Below are positions 22,089 to 35,715 of a stretch of 64,000 nucleotides of DNA, piece after piece. Numbering within the stretch: the stretch's first letter is position 1; each line of letters starts with the position of its first letter. The stretch is from Podarcis vaucheri (lineage: Eukaryota). A program made the translations under genes and the position numbers. The notes beneath the pieces are model-generated. The model was not told the DNA's origin and searched no databases. It was given only the letters and a program-made list of their open reading frames with translations. The stretch lies in assembly GCA_965113315.1 (NCBI GenBank), contig OZ220370.1; one strand, written 5' to 3'.

Positions 22089-22167
22089 AGACCAGAACGT
22101 AACTCCATTATTGGCAATGAATATCGATGGCCTCACACCATTCCATATGTCCTTGAGGACAGCCTAG
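22089..22167 (+). CDS. MEP1B: MEP1B exon 5 (activation site R|NSI, start of astacin domain)
   Basis: RPERNSIIGNEYRWPHTIPYVLEDSL, 79 nt. Confidence 0.95.
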
Positions 22168-22548
22168 GTACGGCAGTTACGTAATTTCTTAAGATCACTT
22201 GTTGCAGAAGCAACCTTCAGTATGAACATTTGTTCTTTTCTTCAGTATTAATTTTGGTGGTATATTTGCTAAGATTTGGGGTAAAAGGCGTACTTCATAA
22301 GAACAAATAGGATATAATTTCTTAAGCTTTTATTTTTACCAACAATTAAAAAAGGTATATTACAAACCCCACCTTTCAGTACAGAAATATGGAAAAAAAT
22401 AAACTTCAGCATTTGATAAAAATGCAAGCTCAACTTGTAAATAAAACCAGCTAGGTCTGTATGTGGAAGGTAACAGCGCTAGCCAGGAATTCCAAAAAGT
22501 TGTAAAGGATACATCTGGTTTAGTCAAACCTTGGACAGATATGCTATA

Positions 22549-22755
22549 CAGTTGTACCTCTGGTTATGAACTTAATTCATTCCAGAGGTCCGTTTTTAAC
22601 CTGAAACTGTTCTTAACCTGAGGTACCACTTTAGCTAATGGGCCCTCCCGCTGCCGCTGCTGCTCAATTTCTGTTTTCATCCTGAGGTAAAGTATCCGAG
22701 GTACTACTTATGGGTTAGCTGTAACCCGAATTGTTTGTAATCCAAGGTACCACTA
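22549..22755. mobile_element. Tigger/pogo-like MITE (orientation A)
   Basis: TA followed by CAGTTGTACCTC...GGTACCACTA termini. The interior is shared with copies at 22897, 56234 and 58914. Confidence 0.75.
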
Positions 22756-22896
22756 TCTTTCATTATAAGCAATGTGCCATGAGTCAGCAAAGCAGTTATG
22801 AGTTTTCTATCAGATTTTTATGAGCTGTCAGAAGAGATGACTCCTCCAGATTCTCTTTTCTTACAGCGTGGAACAAGAACAACAGGACAATGCATA

Positions 22897-23111
22897 CAGT
22901 GGCACCTTGGGTTACAGACGCTTCAGGTTACAGACTCCGCTAACCCAGAAATAGTACCTCAGGTTAAGAACTTTGCTTCAGGATGAGAACAGAAATCGCA
23001 TGGCGGCAGCAGGAGGCCCCATTAGCTAAAGTGGTACTTCAGGTTAAGAACAGCTTCAGGTTAAGAATGGACCTCCAGAACGAATTAAGTTCTTAACCTG
23101 AGGTACCTCTA
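22897..23111. mobile_element. Tigger/pogo-like MITE (orientation B)
   Basis: TA followed by CAGTGGCACCTT; reverse-complement similarity to 22549-22755. Confidence 0.75.
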
Positions 23112-23958
23112 ATAAAGAGTTGAAATTGGGCTCTGTAAGCATCTTAGGGTTCTGGCCAGGACCCTAGAGGTCTGATGCGCAAGCAGTGGGTTTGGGTTGA
23201 CTGCTTGGATGTTTAAGCTATGCCTCATTAAGCTCAGCCAGTATGCAAACAGGAGTATAAATATTACACTCCAATATTACGACTCACCAGTAAGCTTCTA
23301 GTGACCTCCTTCTAAAAGAAAGCAAGCCTTGATGAAAATTGCAGTGTCTTAGCTGCTCAGAGATTTGGGGTGAGGGTAGCAATGCAAAGAAATAGAGGCG
23401 AAATATTGCCCAACTTCCAAATTTACAACAAGCTCCACTTACGCTGTCTGTAGTAATAAAGTAATTATGTCATTATTTTGCGCCTTCTCTCAAACTCAAA
23501 AGTGCCAATTTGGGATTAACAGTGAAGATCTGGTTGCTTATCACTTTATAAGATGCTGCAGCCAGATTGGTGACCGGAGCCAGTTACAGGAAGAACAGAA
23601 ACTCAGTGTTAAAACAGCTCTACTGGATCCCAGTACATTTCAGAGTATAATGGCTTGGAAAATAGAACTAGTTGCTTAACTTGAAGGCTTGTAGCAAATC
23701 AACAGTCCAAGGAAGCAAAAGAGAAATTTGTAGAGCAAATTGGGTTACTTCTAAAATAGGTATTCATAGTCCACTTTCCTATGCTAAAGGCATACTTGAA
23801 AAGGCTTTAATAATTCTCCCAACAATTTAAATTATATTAGTCGACCAAATTTATACTCATTAGTACTAATAGCAGAGTTTCCAGTTGCTATGTGGAGGGT
23901 TAGCTGAAAGGGCATCCCTTTAGGTGAGCGATAACCAATTCTTTGTTTTTTCTTCCAG

Positions 23959-24076
23959 ATATGAATGCAAAGGGGCTGATCCTCAATGCATTTGAACAGT
24001 ATCGCCTAAAATCCTGTATTGATTTCAAACCCTGGGAAGGCGAAGCAAATTACATATCTGTCTTCAAAGGGAGTGG
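23959..24076 (+). CDS. MEP1B: MEP1B exon 6 (astacin domain)
   Basis: [40 protein letters not shown], 118 nt. Confidence 0.95.
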
Positions 24077-25591
24077 GTAAGAGAAATCATCCTTTTAAGT
24101 AATGTTTCTTTCTTTTTCATAGTCTCTGTACAGTCTCACATACGAGATCTGTGCCTGTCAGTGGAGGCTGGCTCATTAGGGCAAATGGGGCACTGCCCCA
24201 CCAACTCCAATCTCCTCTCAGTCGGCCCTCACCCACCTTCTTACAGAGATCAGGCCAGGGGATGGAACGGCTTGTCAGCTTCCTCAGTTACAGTGTTGCC
24301 CTTGTAGAATTCAACAGATAGGAGGAGGATGGGGGCAAAACTAACATTAGTTGGTTTTGCCTCTCAATGGCTCTGGTTCCACCTACTGTTGGTCTCCCTT
24401 CCTTCTCCCCTGCCTAGTCCCAGTGGACACCAGCCATTACTGGTAAAGACATGCTTGAGCTTAAGTGAGGAAGCTGGTGCTCAGCCCTCCCAGGCCGAAG
24501 GGGAAAGGTACGGGGTATGCATGCCCTCCAAAGTGGGATGAGCATGTATTCAATTCAGAACCCTCTGATATAAGGATGCATCTAATATGGATACTTCAGT
24601 TAAGTCAGCCACCTAATGGCTAACACAAACCAAGCAATTTTTCTATCTTTGACATACATTCCTCTTCGCCATCGTATGGAAGATTTGTGATTAAAGCACA
24701 TGTCACAAATGTGATGAACCCAGGAAGCTGCCTTATACCAACTAGCCTCGGCTTGGTTTGTCTAGCTCAGCGTTGTCTACAATGGCAGCTGGTGGTTTTC
24801 CAGGGACTCAGAATGGGATTTCCCCCATCCTTCCCTGGAGATGCCAGGGATTGTACTTGCGACCTTCTGCATGCAAAGCAGTTGTTCCACCACTGAACTT
24901 TCGTTACACAGTTGTACTCTGATCATTATTTTAACCAACATTTTGACTTGCAGTAGCATCATGAAACCATTATAATGCCAGGATTTTCTGGCCTAGTCAA
25001 ATCCACCCTTACTTACCCTATTTTCTCCAAAACCCTATAGGTGCTGCATTTGACCCAAGTTTTTAAAACTTTGCTTATCTATAGAGATGTTTGTCAGGTT
25101 GAGTCACAACTCTGGGTTTATGAGCCTGAACGTTGGTGAAACGTTCATTCTTTGTGGCATTGTGCTGATAAGAGTATTTTGTACATCCCATTCAAAGTAG
25201 TTATATGGTTGCCTCCAGACTGTCAATATTTTGTGGTAGGGATTCAAGTGCATAGCGGAAATTTAGGTTTGCCCAATTAAAGGGGATTTATGCAGCAAGC
25301 CTAGTTAGAAAAAACAACAGTTAGTTTGTGTGATGGGAAAATGCACTAAAAGTGAGATGAACAAATGAATAACTGGAAGTGTGCAGTGCACAGCAAATCA
25401 GCTTCGATGCTCATTGTTGTATAACCTCCCTGCAAGCAAAGCAGAAGGAATACCCAACTAAGGACAGTCATAGTATAACCTCTGCGTAAGCAAGCAAATT
25501 AGGTTGAATGCTCAATAAACAGGTCACCTGGAGTCGTCTGTGATTTATACTGCAAACCTTAGGCTCAGATTACATTAAAGGATAAAAGTAG

Positions 25592-25669
25592 AATCATAGA
25601 ATCATAGAATCATAGAGTTGGAATAGACCACAAGGGCCATCGAGTCCAACCCCCTGCCAAGCAGGAAAC
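25592..25669 (-). mobile_element. CR1 LINE 3' end, heavily 5'-truncated
   Basis: (AGAATCAT)n tail on +, i.e. the CR1 ATTCTATG octamer on -, followed by CR1-like 3'UTR. Flanked by an AAGTAG direct repeat. Confidence 0.75.
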
Positions 25670-26364
25670 AAGTAGGGAACCAGTGAAGAAATCTGTGTTG
25701 AGTCAGGGCAGCTCTTAAGTCTCAGTATGTTTCTTTCTTCTGCTGGGATCATATCTAACATTTGAGAGGCTGCTTATTCATCTTGTCTGCTCTTGGAATT
25801 TGTCTTCCTTTCAACCAGAAGTTCTTTGTCATCGCTCAGAATGCTGAACAAAAGTAGACTGTTTTATAGATTTATAAATAATATTTATCGAGAATTCTGT
25901 TTTCTACGAAGTGCTGTATGTTCTTGCTTTTTATGGTGGCTTGTTAGCAACAGTGATAAACTGGTGATAAAAGTTATTTACCCAACCAATATCAATTTAT
26001 AGTCTGCAGGAATGGCTGCATGAAATACTTTAAAGAAAACCCGATTCCACTCTCATTGCCTTGCAAAATCACAGTTTTCAATGCCCATTTCTTAAAGGCC
26101 TGTTTGACCAATCAAAGGTGATAAAATGTTTAAGATTTGGCTGAACTTCAAACATTATTATTTTTTTCAACTGTGAAAAGCAATAAAACATATATTTCAG
26201 TTTGGGCCTTGAGTTCAAAGTTCAGAGTTTGTCAGATTCTGAGAACTGAATCAGCTGAGATAAAAGATCATGAACTTCCTGTAAGTTTTTCTGAAAGGTT
26301 ATTGCAGGATATGGAGGCTGGTCGTTTGGCTATTGTTTTGAAGTTCAAATAAAGTCAAGAGCTA

Positions 26365-27239
26365 CCGTATTTTTCGCCCTATAGGACGCACTTTTTCCCC
26401 TCCAAAAATGAAGGGGAAATGTGTGTGTGTCCTATGGGGTGAATGCAGGCTTTCGCTGAAGCCTGGAGAGCGAGAGGCGTCGGTGCGCACCAGGCTTCAG
26501 GAGAGCCCCGTCGCCAGCCTTTCGCACTGTCCCCCGACTTGGCTAGAAGGCTGGCGGGGGGAGAAGCCTGCTCCTCCCCGTCGCCAGCCCCGCAAACTCG
26601 GGGGACAGCGGGAGAGGCGCAGCGCGCCTTTTGCACTGTCCCCCGACTTGGCTAGAAGGCTGGCGGGGGGGGGAGAAGCCTGCTCCTCCCCGTCGCCAGC
26701 CCCGCAAACCCGGGGGACAGCGGGAGAGGCGCAGCGCGCCTTTCCCGCTGTCCCCCGACTTGGCTAGAAGGCTGGCGGGGGGGAGAAGCCTGTTCCTCCC
26801 CGTCGCGAGCCCCGCAAACTCGGGGGACAGCGGGAGAGGCACAGCGCGCCTTTCCCGCTGTCCCCCGACTTGGCTAGAAGGCTGGCGGGGGGGGAGAAGC
26901 CTGCTCCTCCCCGTCGCCAGCCCCGCAAACTCGGGGGACAGCGGGAGAAGGCTGGCGGAGGGCTTTCCCCTCCTCCAGCCCCGCAAGCTCCCAGAGTGAT
27001 GCCAAAGCTGCACGCAGCTTCCACATGGCTCTGGGTCCCGTTCTGGGGGCTGGGGGAGGGGGAAGCTCCGCTTTCCTCTCCTCCAGCCCCGCAAGCTCCC
27101 AGAGCGATGCCAAAGCTGCCAACGCTCGAGCTTCCCCAGCCCCTTGCCTGGGGGGGGGATGAATTTTTCCCCCTTTATTTCCCCCCCAAATCTAGGTGCG
27201 TCCTATGGGCCGGTGCGTCCTATTAGGCGAAAAATACGG
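26365..27239. mobile_element. Non-autonomous Tc1/mariner-superfamily (Tc2/pogo-like) element with an internal tandem array
   Basis: 27-bp TIRs CCGTATTTTTCGCC(CT/TA)ATAGGACGCAC, TA TSDs at 26363-64 and 27240-41. Confidence 0.85.
26517..26950. repeat. GC-rich minisatellite, ~110-bp unit, about 4 copies
   Basis: gtcccccgacttggctagaagg recurs at 26529, 26638, 26750 and 26860. Unit length varies with a G-run. Confidence 0.9.
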
Positions 27240-29334
27240 TAATTTTACAAAATTCATAAGCAAGGAGTTAATATTAATTGATGTGATGTGATGTTTAGCT
27301 CATCTCAGTGTTCATCTTTTAGTTCCCCTTTTATATCAGTGGTAGATGAATACTTTGAATATCTTTTTGTTTCTATTGTTTTGTTATTTGAATTGTATTT
27401 TTCTATTTTAAAATTTGTAAGTCACTGAGAGAATGTCAGTAGGTGTATTCAGTTCCTTAACCCCAAAAAGCTGTCGTTGTTCTCCTTTCATCCATGTCTG
27501 CTTTGTTTTGCATAGTCAGGGCTAAACAGAATAAGTGGCTGGGTGGAGGCTACTTAAAATTCCTCCTACAATGGATGGCCCACACAGCCAGCAAGTTATG
27601 AGAAGCAGCTTGCCTGGTGGATTGAGTAATGTTCCCTGTGTCTTTAAAAACCATGGTTTGGTATTTGCTGGAGGACACTGCCGGAGCCATACTGATCTAT
27701 TTAAACCGTCTGCCTTGGCTCTCTGAGAGAGAAACAAAGCCTGGAGAACAGCATTCCTATTTGCTCACTGATCTATATGGTGGTTGATCCTCATGGCAAT
27801 TCATTTGTGTGTATTCTGGGCTTTGGATCCACTCACATTTCTGAATTGCATAGTAAAACTGAAGATACGGTACAGCAGACATGCAAAGTTGGTTGCCATG
27901 TGTGCTTATTGTATGACTGCTTGGTCATATGGAACACTCCTAAAAGTGACCATGTTTCAACATCCTGTTCCATCCCAGAGCCTTTCTGCACATAATTCAA
28001 AGGGCATTCTGTCTGTATTGTAGGCATTCTGCAGATGCTGAGTTGATTTTAATGCTACTCTTATGCAGAGTAGACCCACTGAAATTAATGGGTTGGGTAC
28101 AACTCAGTGAATCTGGCTTATACGTCAGAAGTCAGTATTCCCTGATACCTGCTTGGGCCATATCTTTAGTTGCTTCCCTACTCTCAACTCCTGAAGTCTG
28201 CTTCTCTTTGCTGCCATGGCCTGTTCTTCTGCCCAGAGATAGGAGCAAGAGGACCCCACTTTGCCTTCTTCCTCTAGAGATGGCCATGCAGATTAAGCCC
28301 AGAGGAAGAAGGAAAGTGAATGGGCAGCAGTGACTGTGGCAAAGAGAGAAGGGCTCGTTTCAGGAGGAGGCACTGAAGACGTCTTGTCTGGAGTTGGCAA
28401 ATCACTGAATGATTTCAAGACATACAATTTCAAGTTTCAAGACATACAATATTGTTAAACACACCCCGTTTTCCAAGTTATGAAAGATGTAAGGGGTGCC
28501 AGCACATACTTCAGGTTTGGTTTCCTTTGAATGAAGGTCACTGGAATATCTTTGTGGTGGTGTTATTCACACACATACACTAGCTAAGCATAAAATGAAA
28601 TGGGCTCACATCATTAGCACCTCAGCATATTTTGCTTTTGCATCCGTTTCTAGATGCTTTCAGCACGGAGAGCAAGTCAAGCCTCTTCCCAAGTCTAGCT
28701 CACTATGAGATAAGACTGGTTCTCCTAGACCCAAGGCTGGTTCCTAGTTACCCTCTAGGAACATCACTAGCTAGTCATTTCTACAGCAACACACTTATAC
28801 TTGACCAACTCTTTAGTTGTGCAAAGAGATAACTTAACAGACTTGGATAGCCCCATTCACTTAATAAAGGAACTGGTTTGACCATTTCAGTCATTCCTTC
28901 TGCTATAGAATCACATTTTACAGATGTAAAACCACAGGCCTTGAGGTGTCCTAAATATGACATCTAGACCAAACCCCCAATTCTATAACCATATAACCAT
29001 ATAACCATATAAAATTCATAAGAGGCTTTTCACACCAAAGCTTTACTAGATACATTGTCATAAACAAAGACATGCACACTGCTTAAGGCCTTACAATGCA
29101 AATGGAAATTTATGCCATCACCATTCACCCCTTGTAGAGCAAATGGAAGGTGTTTCAGATCTCTCTCTAAACTCTCTAAGTACAGGTGTGCATCTCCTTT
29201 GGTTTGTATGCACAGTACCCAATCCAGCATGGGAATGTGGACAGAAGCAATGTCTCTGCAAGTTCTGCCTTGCAGAATTAGTGTGACCAAGTGAAAAGGG
29301 TTTCCTCTGAGTGAATCCTTTGATGGATAATTAG

Positions 29335-29640
<306 letters not shown>

Positions 29641-30338
29641 TGAATCTCATTAAATCTTTCTGACTTGGATGGCAATGTCTAAAATTTGATGCATTGTTAT
29701 ATACTCCCTGCTCCTCCAAGCAGGGAAAAGTTCAAGGGGCAGTACTGCCAGCTTTAGGTTTCCCTTTGGGTGACGGCACACACACTTGTGGCACCTTTAG
29801 AATATTTGCTTTACTTCTCAATATGTGAGCAGAGCATGAGTGAAGGCAAACAGGGCTCTTCTACAGTGATCTTCCCCCAATTGCATCTTGATCTACTTCC
29901 AGGCTGCACCTCCAATTTCACCATGCTCCAGCTAGAAACTCCCCTTTCTCTTTAAAACAGGAAACTTCTGTTTCTTTGTACATGTACCTTACATCTGACC
30001 CCTCTCCTTTTACCAAGAAGCTTGACTTATTTGGAATTCTGTGTATGCCTGCTGCATCGAGTCTCTCTCATTACTTTCTGCTTGCAAAGCATTGTAAATT
30101 GGGTACTACTATAATAAATAAATACTCTGTGGTTCTGTATGATATACTTGGAATTCAAAGAAGCAGCGATGGGACAGCAGGCTAAGCACATAAATTATAA
30201 ATTTGTTACATTGCAATGGGAGAGATATTGAAGAGTGTGCTTATCTGTAACCTAAACAAGTGGGACTGAAAAGGGCTTACCTTTGGCTGGATTGTGATCT
30301 GTATAAGTCATCGTGGTAAGTTCTTCTGCTTCTTTCAG

Positions 30339-30557
30339 GTAAGGAAGGAAACTTCAACAAATATGATGATAAAAGATCTGACTTCCTTAATGTCCCATAT
30401 GACTATAACTCTGTAATGCACTACAGTAAAAATGCCTTCAGGAATGGAACAGAACCAACAATAGTAACAAATATACCAGCCTTCATTGATGTGATTGGAC
30501 AGCGCATGGATTTCAGTGAATATGATATCCGGAAGCTGAGTCGACTCTACAACTGCA
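30339..30557 (+). CDS. MEP1B: MEP1B exon 8 (Met-turn)
   Basis: GKEGNFNKY...YDYNSVMHYSKNAF...IGQRMDFS...LYNC, 219 nt. Confidence 0.96.
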
Positions 30558-30621
30558 GTAAGTGTTTGAAACCCTGTCATATCTTTTCAGCCTCCTTTAG
30601 CCATCTGTCATGGATGCTTTA

Positions 30622-30696
30622 GCTGAGATTCCTGCACTGCAGGGGGTTGGACTAGATGACCCTCAGGGTCCCTTCCAACTCTACAATTCTATGATT
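30622..30696 (+). mobile_element. CR1 LINE 3' end fragment
   Basis: gggggttggactagatgaccctcagggtcccttccaactctacaattctatgatt, a typical CR1 3' terminus. Confidence 0.75.
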
Positions 30697-33023
30697 TGTT
30701 TGCTTAGGTTTCATTTCTGAACTTTACTTTGGGACGAATTCAGTGTTGCCCTCTTCTGATTGTTCCATCTGGCAGCCAGAGATGCTTGCGCTGGTGGAGC
30801 AATCTCTCCTCTCCTCCCAACCCTCCCCCTGAGCCAATTTTGGGGGCACACAAGGGGGGGAGAGGGGAAGAGTCCTCTGGTGCTAGCAGAAGTGCTTGCA
30901 CAGGCTTCCACTAGCAGTGCCTGTTAGTTAAATCTGGCCTTTTGCCTGGGAATACAGTAGCTTTATAGTTGCAAATAAATTCCCCACTAGCATCTGAGAC
31001 AGGGGTGAGGAACCTCCAGCCCAAGGACCCAATTAGGCCCAGCACATGTCCCCATTGGGTTTCCAGTGCCATTTCTCCCCAAAGCACACCCACCTGTCCC
31101 ACACCTGACATAATTTGTGATGTCAGGTTTGAGGAGGTGGAGAACTAGCTGCCAGAAAACAAATGGGTGGCCTTAGCTAACTTCCTGTTAGCACTTACCA
31201 GCTCAGAAGCACAAACTGATTCCAGCTGGCTTCCTGTAAGGGCTGTAGATCGGCGGTTATGGCAAGGTGGCTGGGATTGACTGTACTCTTAGTCAGGAAC
31301 TCTCTAGCGCAAGCAATGCCTACCCCTGGCAGACTGCCTGTATATGCCACTCGGCTGATTGGTGCTTACAGCAAGCTGGCTGGGATCTGCACTTACAGCA
31401 GACCCCAGAGTGGGATGTGCTGTAAAGCATAAGTTTCCTTGTGCTTTGGTGGTTTGAACTGAAACCAGCGCTGCAAAGGATCACAGGATTGTTTGTTTGG
31501 GATTGCCTGATGTGACTGAGGCTGATATAAGGTTCTCATGCTTCTGGATTTCCCTGGACACTGTCAGCAGCAGTGTCTGGGTGGTGCTCATGTTGGCAGT
31601 GCCATTTTTTTGCATTTATTAAAGTGATTTTGTCCAAAACCCCTCAACAACTTTGGGCAAAACTAAAAAAAAAAAACGTTCAACAACTTTTCACTGTTTG
31701 AAATATGGCAACCGTAGCTGATAGGAATTCTAGTGCAACAATAACTGAAAGGTGCTGCACTGACTACACCTGACCCAGATGGACCAGTGGTCTGACTCTT
31801 CATGAAGCGGCTGCTTCCTCAGGTAGGATGCTAAACAAAGGAAGAAGAAAAAATTAAGGCTGAAAAGCAGTATAAGTGGCCTGGTGGTCATTATATGGTC
31901 AGTTGATTTTACTTACATCCAATTCAGTTAGGAATGTGGTCCACTAAAACACATGCCATAATGCCATAATACAGGTGTATGTCTTTAAGGTGCCACCCGA
32001 CTCTTTCATATATACACCCACCCACACCCACACACTAAATTGCTGAGCGTGCAAAATCTGCCCTTTAAAGGTCCTTTTGATTTTCCTAGTAGTGAAAGAA
32101 GGATACTGCTCATTCTATAAAACAAGCCAGCTTATTTATTTTCTTTTAAAATGAAACTCATTTACTTCTACTTGAAGTGGTTTATGGATTCAGCTAATAG
32201 CACTGATTGATCATAGAGTGACTGAGGCTGTGTTCACATGACAACATGCGAAATGCGTATATATCCTGTTCTTTGTTATAAAATACTACTGTTTGATGTG
32301 TTATTTCCCAAACCAGCAATCAGAGTCCTCAGGCCATTCCTAATTTATCTCTAGCCAAGGTGTGAAAACCTTTGCATACTATAAAGACATCCCTGCCTCT
32401 CAACCCCCCCCAACAGATGTGAATCAGATACTAAAGAAGCCATGCTGTTGTGAACAGCTGGGGGGCAGTAAAATGCACAGAAAAACAGAAACTTCTCTGT
32501 GATGTGAACCCACCTTGAGTTAGAACAGAGTTTGGTTCTTTTGACATTGTGGTTTTTCTAACTAATTGAGATATGAGAAGATCTGTAATTGGATTTCCCA
32601 CTTAAAAAAAAAAAAGTTTAACAGCAGTTGCCGGGTGAAGGTTGAGAATTATATGGAACAATGGTCCTAGGGGAGATTAACCTTTCTCTCGTGCCATTCA
32701 TGCCAAAACTGTTTTGTCTACTAGAGGTAAAACAATACCAGACAGACAGGTTTCCTCCCACAAGGCAGCTAGCAGCTGGTGGGGATATAGATTAGGAAAA
32801 AAGTGAGATGGAAAAGGGTTTAGCCATCTCACCTGCAGGCTCCTTGACTCTGTTTACTTCGCCACTGTTTACAGCAGCTTTTGTATTTTAAAAGTACAAA
32901 TGAGTCACAGATCTCCTGATGGCATATCTAGTTGGGTCCAAACTATTTCCTGATGCAGTTGACTGAATAGTCCCACTAAAGTAAACAAACACTGTATCTG
33001 CTCTGTTTTTTTAATGCTGGTAG

Positions 33024-33176
33024 CTTCGTCTTTAAGCTTTATGGAGACGTGCAGTTTTGAATTTGAAAACGTGTGTGGCATGATTCAAAGTACAGAAGAT
33101 AATGCTGACTGGCAGCGCATGACCCAGGTTCCTAGTGGACCACAAACGGATCACACCTATGTTGGAATCTGCCAAG
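33024..33176 (+). CDS. MEP1B: MEP1B exon 9 (MAM domain start)
   Basis: TSSLSFMETCSFEFENVCGMIQS...DHTYVGICQ, 153 nt. Confidence 0.95.
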
Positions 33177-33659
33177 GTAATGTACAGCAATTCTTCTTAT
33201 CTCTTAGATAAGTATTTTCTGTGGATGTATCTGATCTTCATAACCTCACTAACTTGCTGATAAATTGCTATTGCGTTGTTAACCAAGCCTGTTAGATAAT
33301 TAGAATGTTTACCGTATTATTTCAAGTCGTATCTCTATACATGTCTGCAACCTACTTTTCCATGTTAAGGGAATTAAGCTGTTTTCAGAACTTGAATGGC
33401 TGGGGGAGCCATTTCCCACTGTGACCTTGGTTCTTGTGGGAAGACAGGATGTTGCCCCTTCCATAGAGCTGTTCCATAAACTAGAATGTTTACCAAAATA
33501 TGCTGGAGAACAACATGCATAAATGTGGGTTGGAGCCTGGATAGTGAAGTGCCCTCATAAGATACACAGGGGAGCAACAGAGGCAAGACTAGAGTTTTTC
33601 AAGAATTGGGGATTTATTTTTAAAAATATTTGAAAATGGTAATTTAATTCTGAAAGTTG

Positions 33660-34505
33660 TTCTGGAGGAGAGGTGTGTGTGAAACTATGGCAGGCCAAGG
33701 AAGTTGCACAGTGATGTTTCATTTTGCATGGGAGGAGAATGGAAAAGTAGAAGTTGGAAAATGGATAAGAAGAAGGCAGCAAGGTGAAGAGAGGGTTGTT
33801 CCTTTCCTTCCTGTCCTAACAGCAGGAAGGAGAAGTGGGGAATGCTTAGCATAAATCCAGAAAGAAGACTGAAAAAGACTTGCCTCTTTCCAGCAAGGCT
33901 TTGCTAGGCAGAGTCTGATGGAACTGGGAGTGCAGAAAAAGAGCACACAGAACAGGAATTTGTGCTTCTGCACTTACCACACAAGAATCAGCTACAGTTC
34001 AAAGGTGCAAGAACAGACACCCAAGTAGAAACTCTAAAACTTAGCCAGTTTGTCTGCCAGCAAAACAAACACACCTGGACAGGGCTCAGGAGACTCACTA
34101 AGTTCTGGGTTTCTAAGGTAACAAGGGAAGTGGATCTGTGCAAGATGGCAAATGGGTGGGGCCTATCCCCCAAATCACAGCTGGTTAGAAAGACAAAACC
34201 AGATTTGAGATAGAGTGATGTGAGCTAGAAGCAAATCAGCAAGCTGAGAAGACAGAGAGAGACAGCAATGTTTGATTCCTGTTTAAATCCAAGGCTGCAG
34301 CTATGGGGGAAGCAAGGCCCTCTTGTGGTGTTAATCCTGTGAACCCCTCCATTGTAGGCTCAGGTTGCATATATGTGTAAATAAGCCATACATCATAAAG
34401 ACACCAGAGTCTCCATTGTGCCACATTCTGAAGGAAACACGAACCCTGAGTAAGCGCCAGGAACCCTGGAATCTCACACTGCTCAGAGATTGGGGTGATG
34501 TGCAC
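33660..34505 (+). mobile_element. Possible solo LTR
   Basis: Purine-rich U3-like segment, then a gtaaataagc signal and a U5-like tail ending ggggtgatgtgcac. TSD not resolved; boundaries uncertain. Confidence 0.3.
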
Positions 34506-34684
34506 CCGTGCTTTCTCTAAAGCGCACTCAAAATTTTAGGGTTTACTGTAGCCAATCACTAGATGGTAAAATGTTGCTTTGACTGAGGGACATTAAGCAT
34601 CAACAGTTCCAGGGGGTTCCATGCCAGTGTATGGAGGGTGAAGAAGTTCTAAAAGTTTCCCTCCTCTCTCTTTCTCCTTGACAG

Positions 34685-34900
34685 AGACTGGCTACTTTAT
34701 GCATTTTAACACCAGTGCTGGAAGTGTGTCAGATCGAGCGGTTTTAGAGAGCCGATTTCTATATCCCAAGAGAGGTTTCCAGTGCCTACAATTCTATTAT
34801 TACAACAGCGGAAGCGAAAGTGATCAGCTGAATGTTTTAGTCAAGGAATACACTGATGCAAGCCCCAATGGTACCCAAAGGCTTGTGAAAACGATACAAG
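34685..34900 (+). CDS. MEP1B: MEP1B exon 10 (MAM domain)
   Basis: ETGYFMHFNTS...LESRFLYPKRGFQCLQFYYYNSG, 216 nt. Confidence 0.95.
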
Positions 34901-35715
34901 GTATGAAAGCATTATTTTTAGTATGTATATGCTCTTGTTCTAGTTAACACTGGGGCAGTAAATCTGTGCCTGCTCTGTATCACTTTAGACTGCAGGTGGG
35001 GGCTCAAATTATTGCATACTCCTCCGTTAAAAAATAACAAAAAGTTCCTCTGTATAGAAGGCTAGCGTGACAGAGAGAAGATTAAGCCACATTCCTCATT
35101 CCATAACATCAAGTTTTTGATGTGGAGGTGTTTTTTTTTTAATGGAAGTCAATTAAAAAATGTAGAGTTTGAAGCTGTAAAGACCAGACACCAGTTTACT
35201 ATGCTAGAGTTTAATATTTCACATTTGACAAGAAAAGTTCTGAGACCACAAGTATTTTATTCTTTGGTCTGGGTTCTCCGTAGTGTTTTTAATGGATTTC
35301 TCTTGCCCCTGCCCCACAAAAAGGAGGCCCGTATTGATCCATGGAAGTCTTGATCTGAAATTATAATGTGACACTGTAGTGATGGACTTTTAAATTGTAT
35401 TTCGAGCCTAAACTGTTAAATATATTACATTTAAAAACCAGTAGATTGAGATCTGGCCAGTAGACAGTAGGGAGTCTATCCATCTGTGAAGTGATGTTTC
35501 CTGTGATCCATCACAATCAGGAGAGTCTGCGTCAGGGGAAGCACTGAAAAGTCTTTAAGGATAGGTCCTGCATAAAACTCAAGTACACAAATATGAATGA
35601 CTAAATGAACTGTTCAACACTTAACCCCTTTTAAATTTCATGGGGAATGTGAAAATCTGTTTGTTTAACATTGAAATATGTTGTCAATATAATGCACCTC
35701 ATTATTCTTTTCCAG

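Noticed and set aside
26379-27226. Cluster of repetitive ORFs; possible CRISPR-like array
   Set aside because: The ORFs arise from a stop-poor GC-rich tandem repeat. Units are wholly repeated with no unique spacers, and the context is eukaryotic.
31935-32010. Second Penelope-like remnant (gtctttaaggtgccac) as another hammerhead
   Set aside because: The CUGANGA/GAAA core is not recognisable; too decayed.
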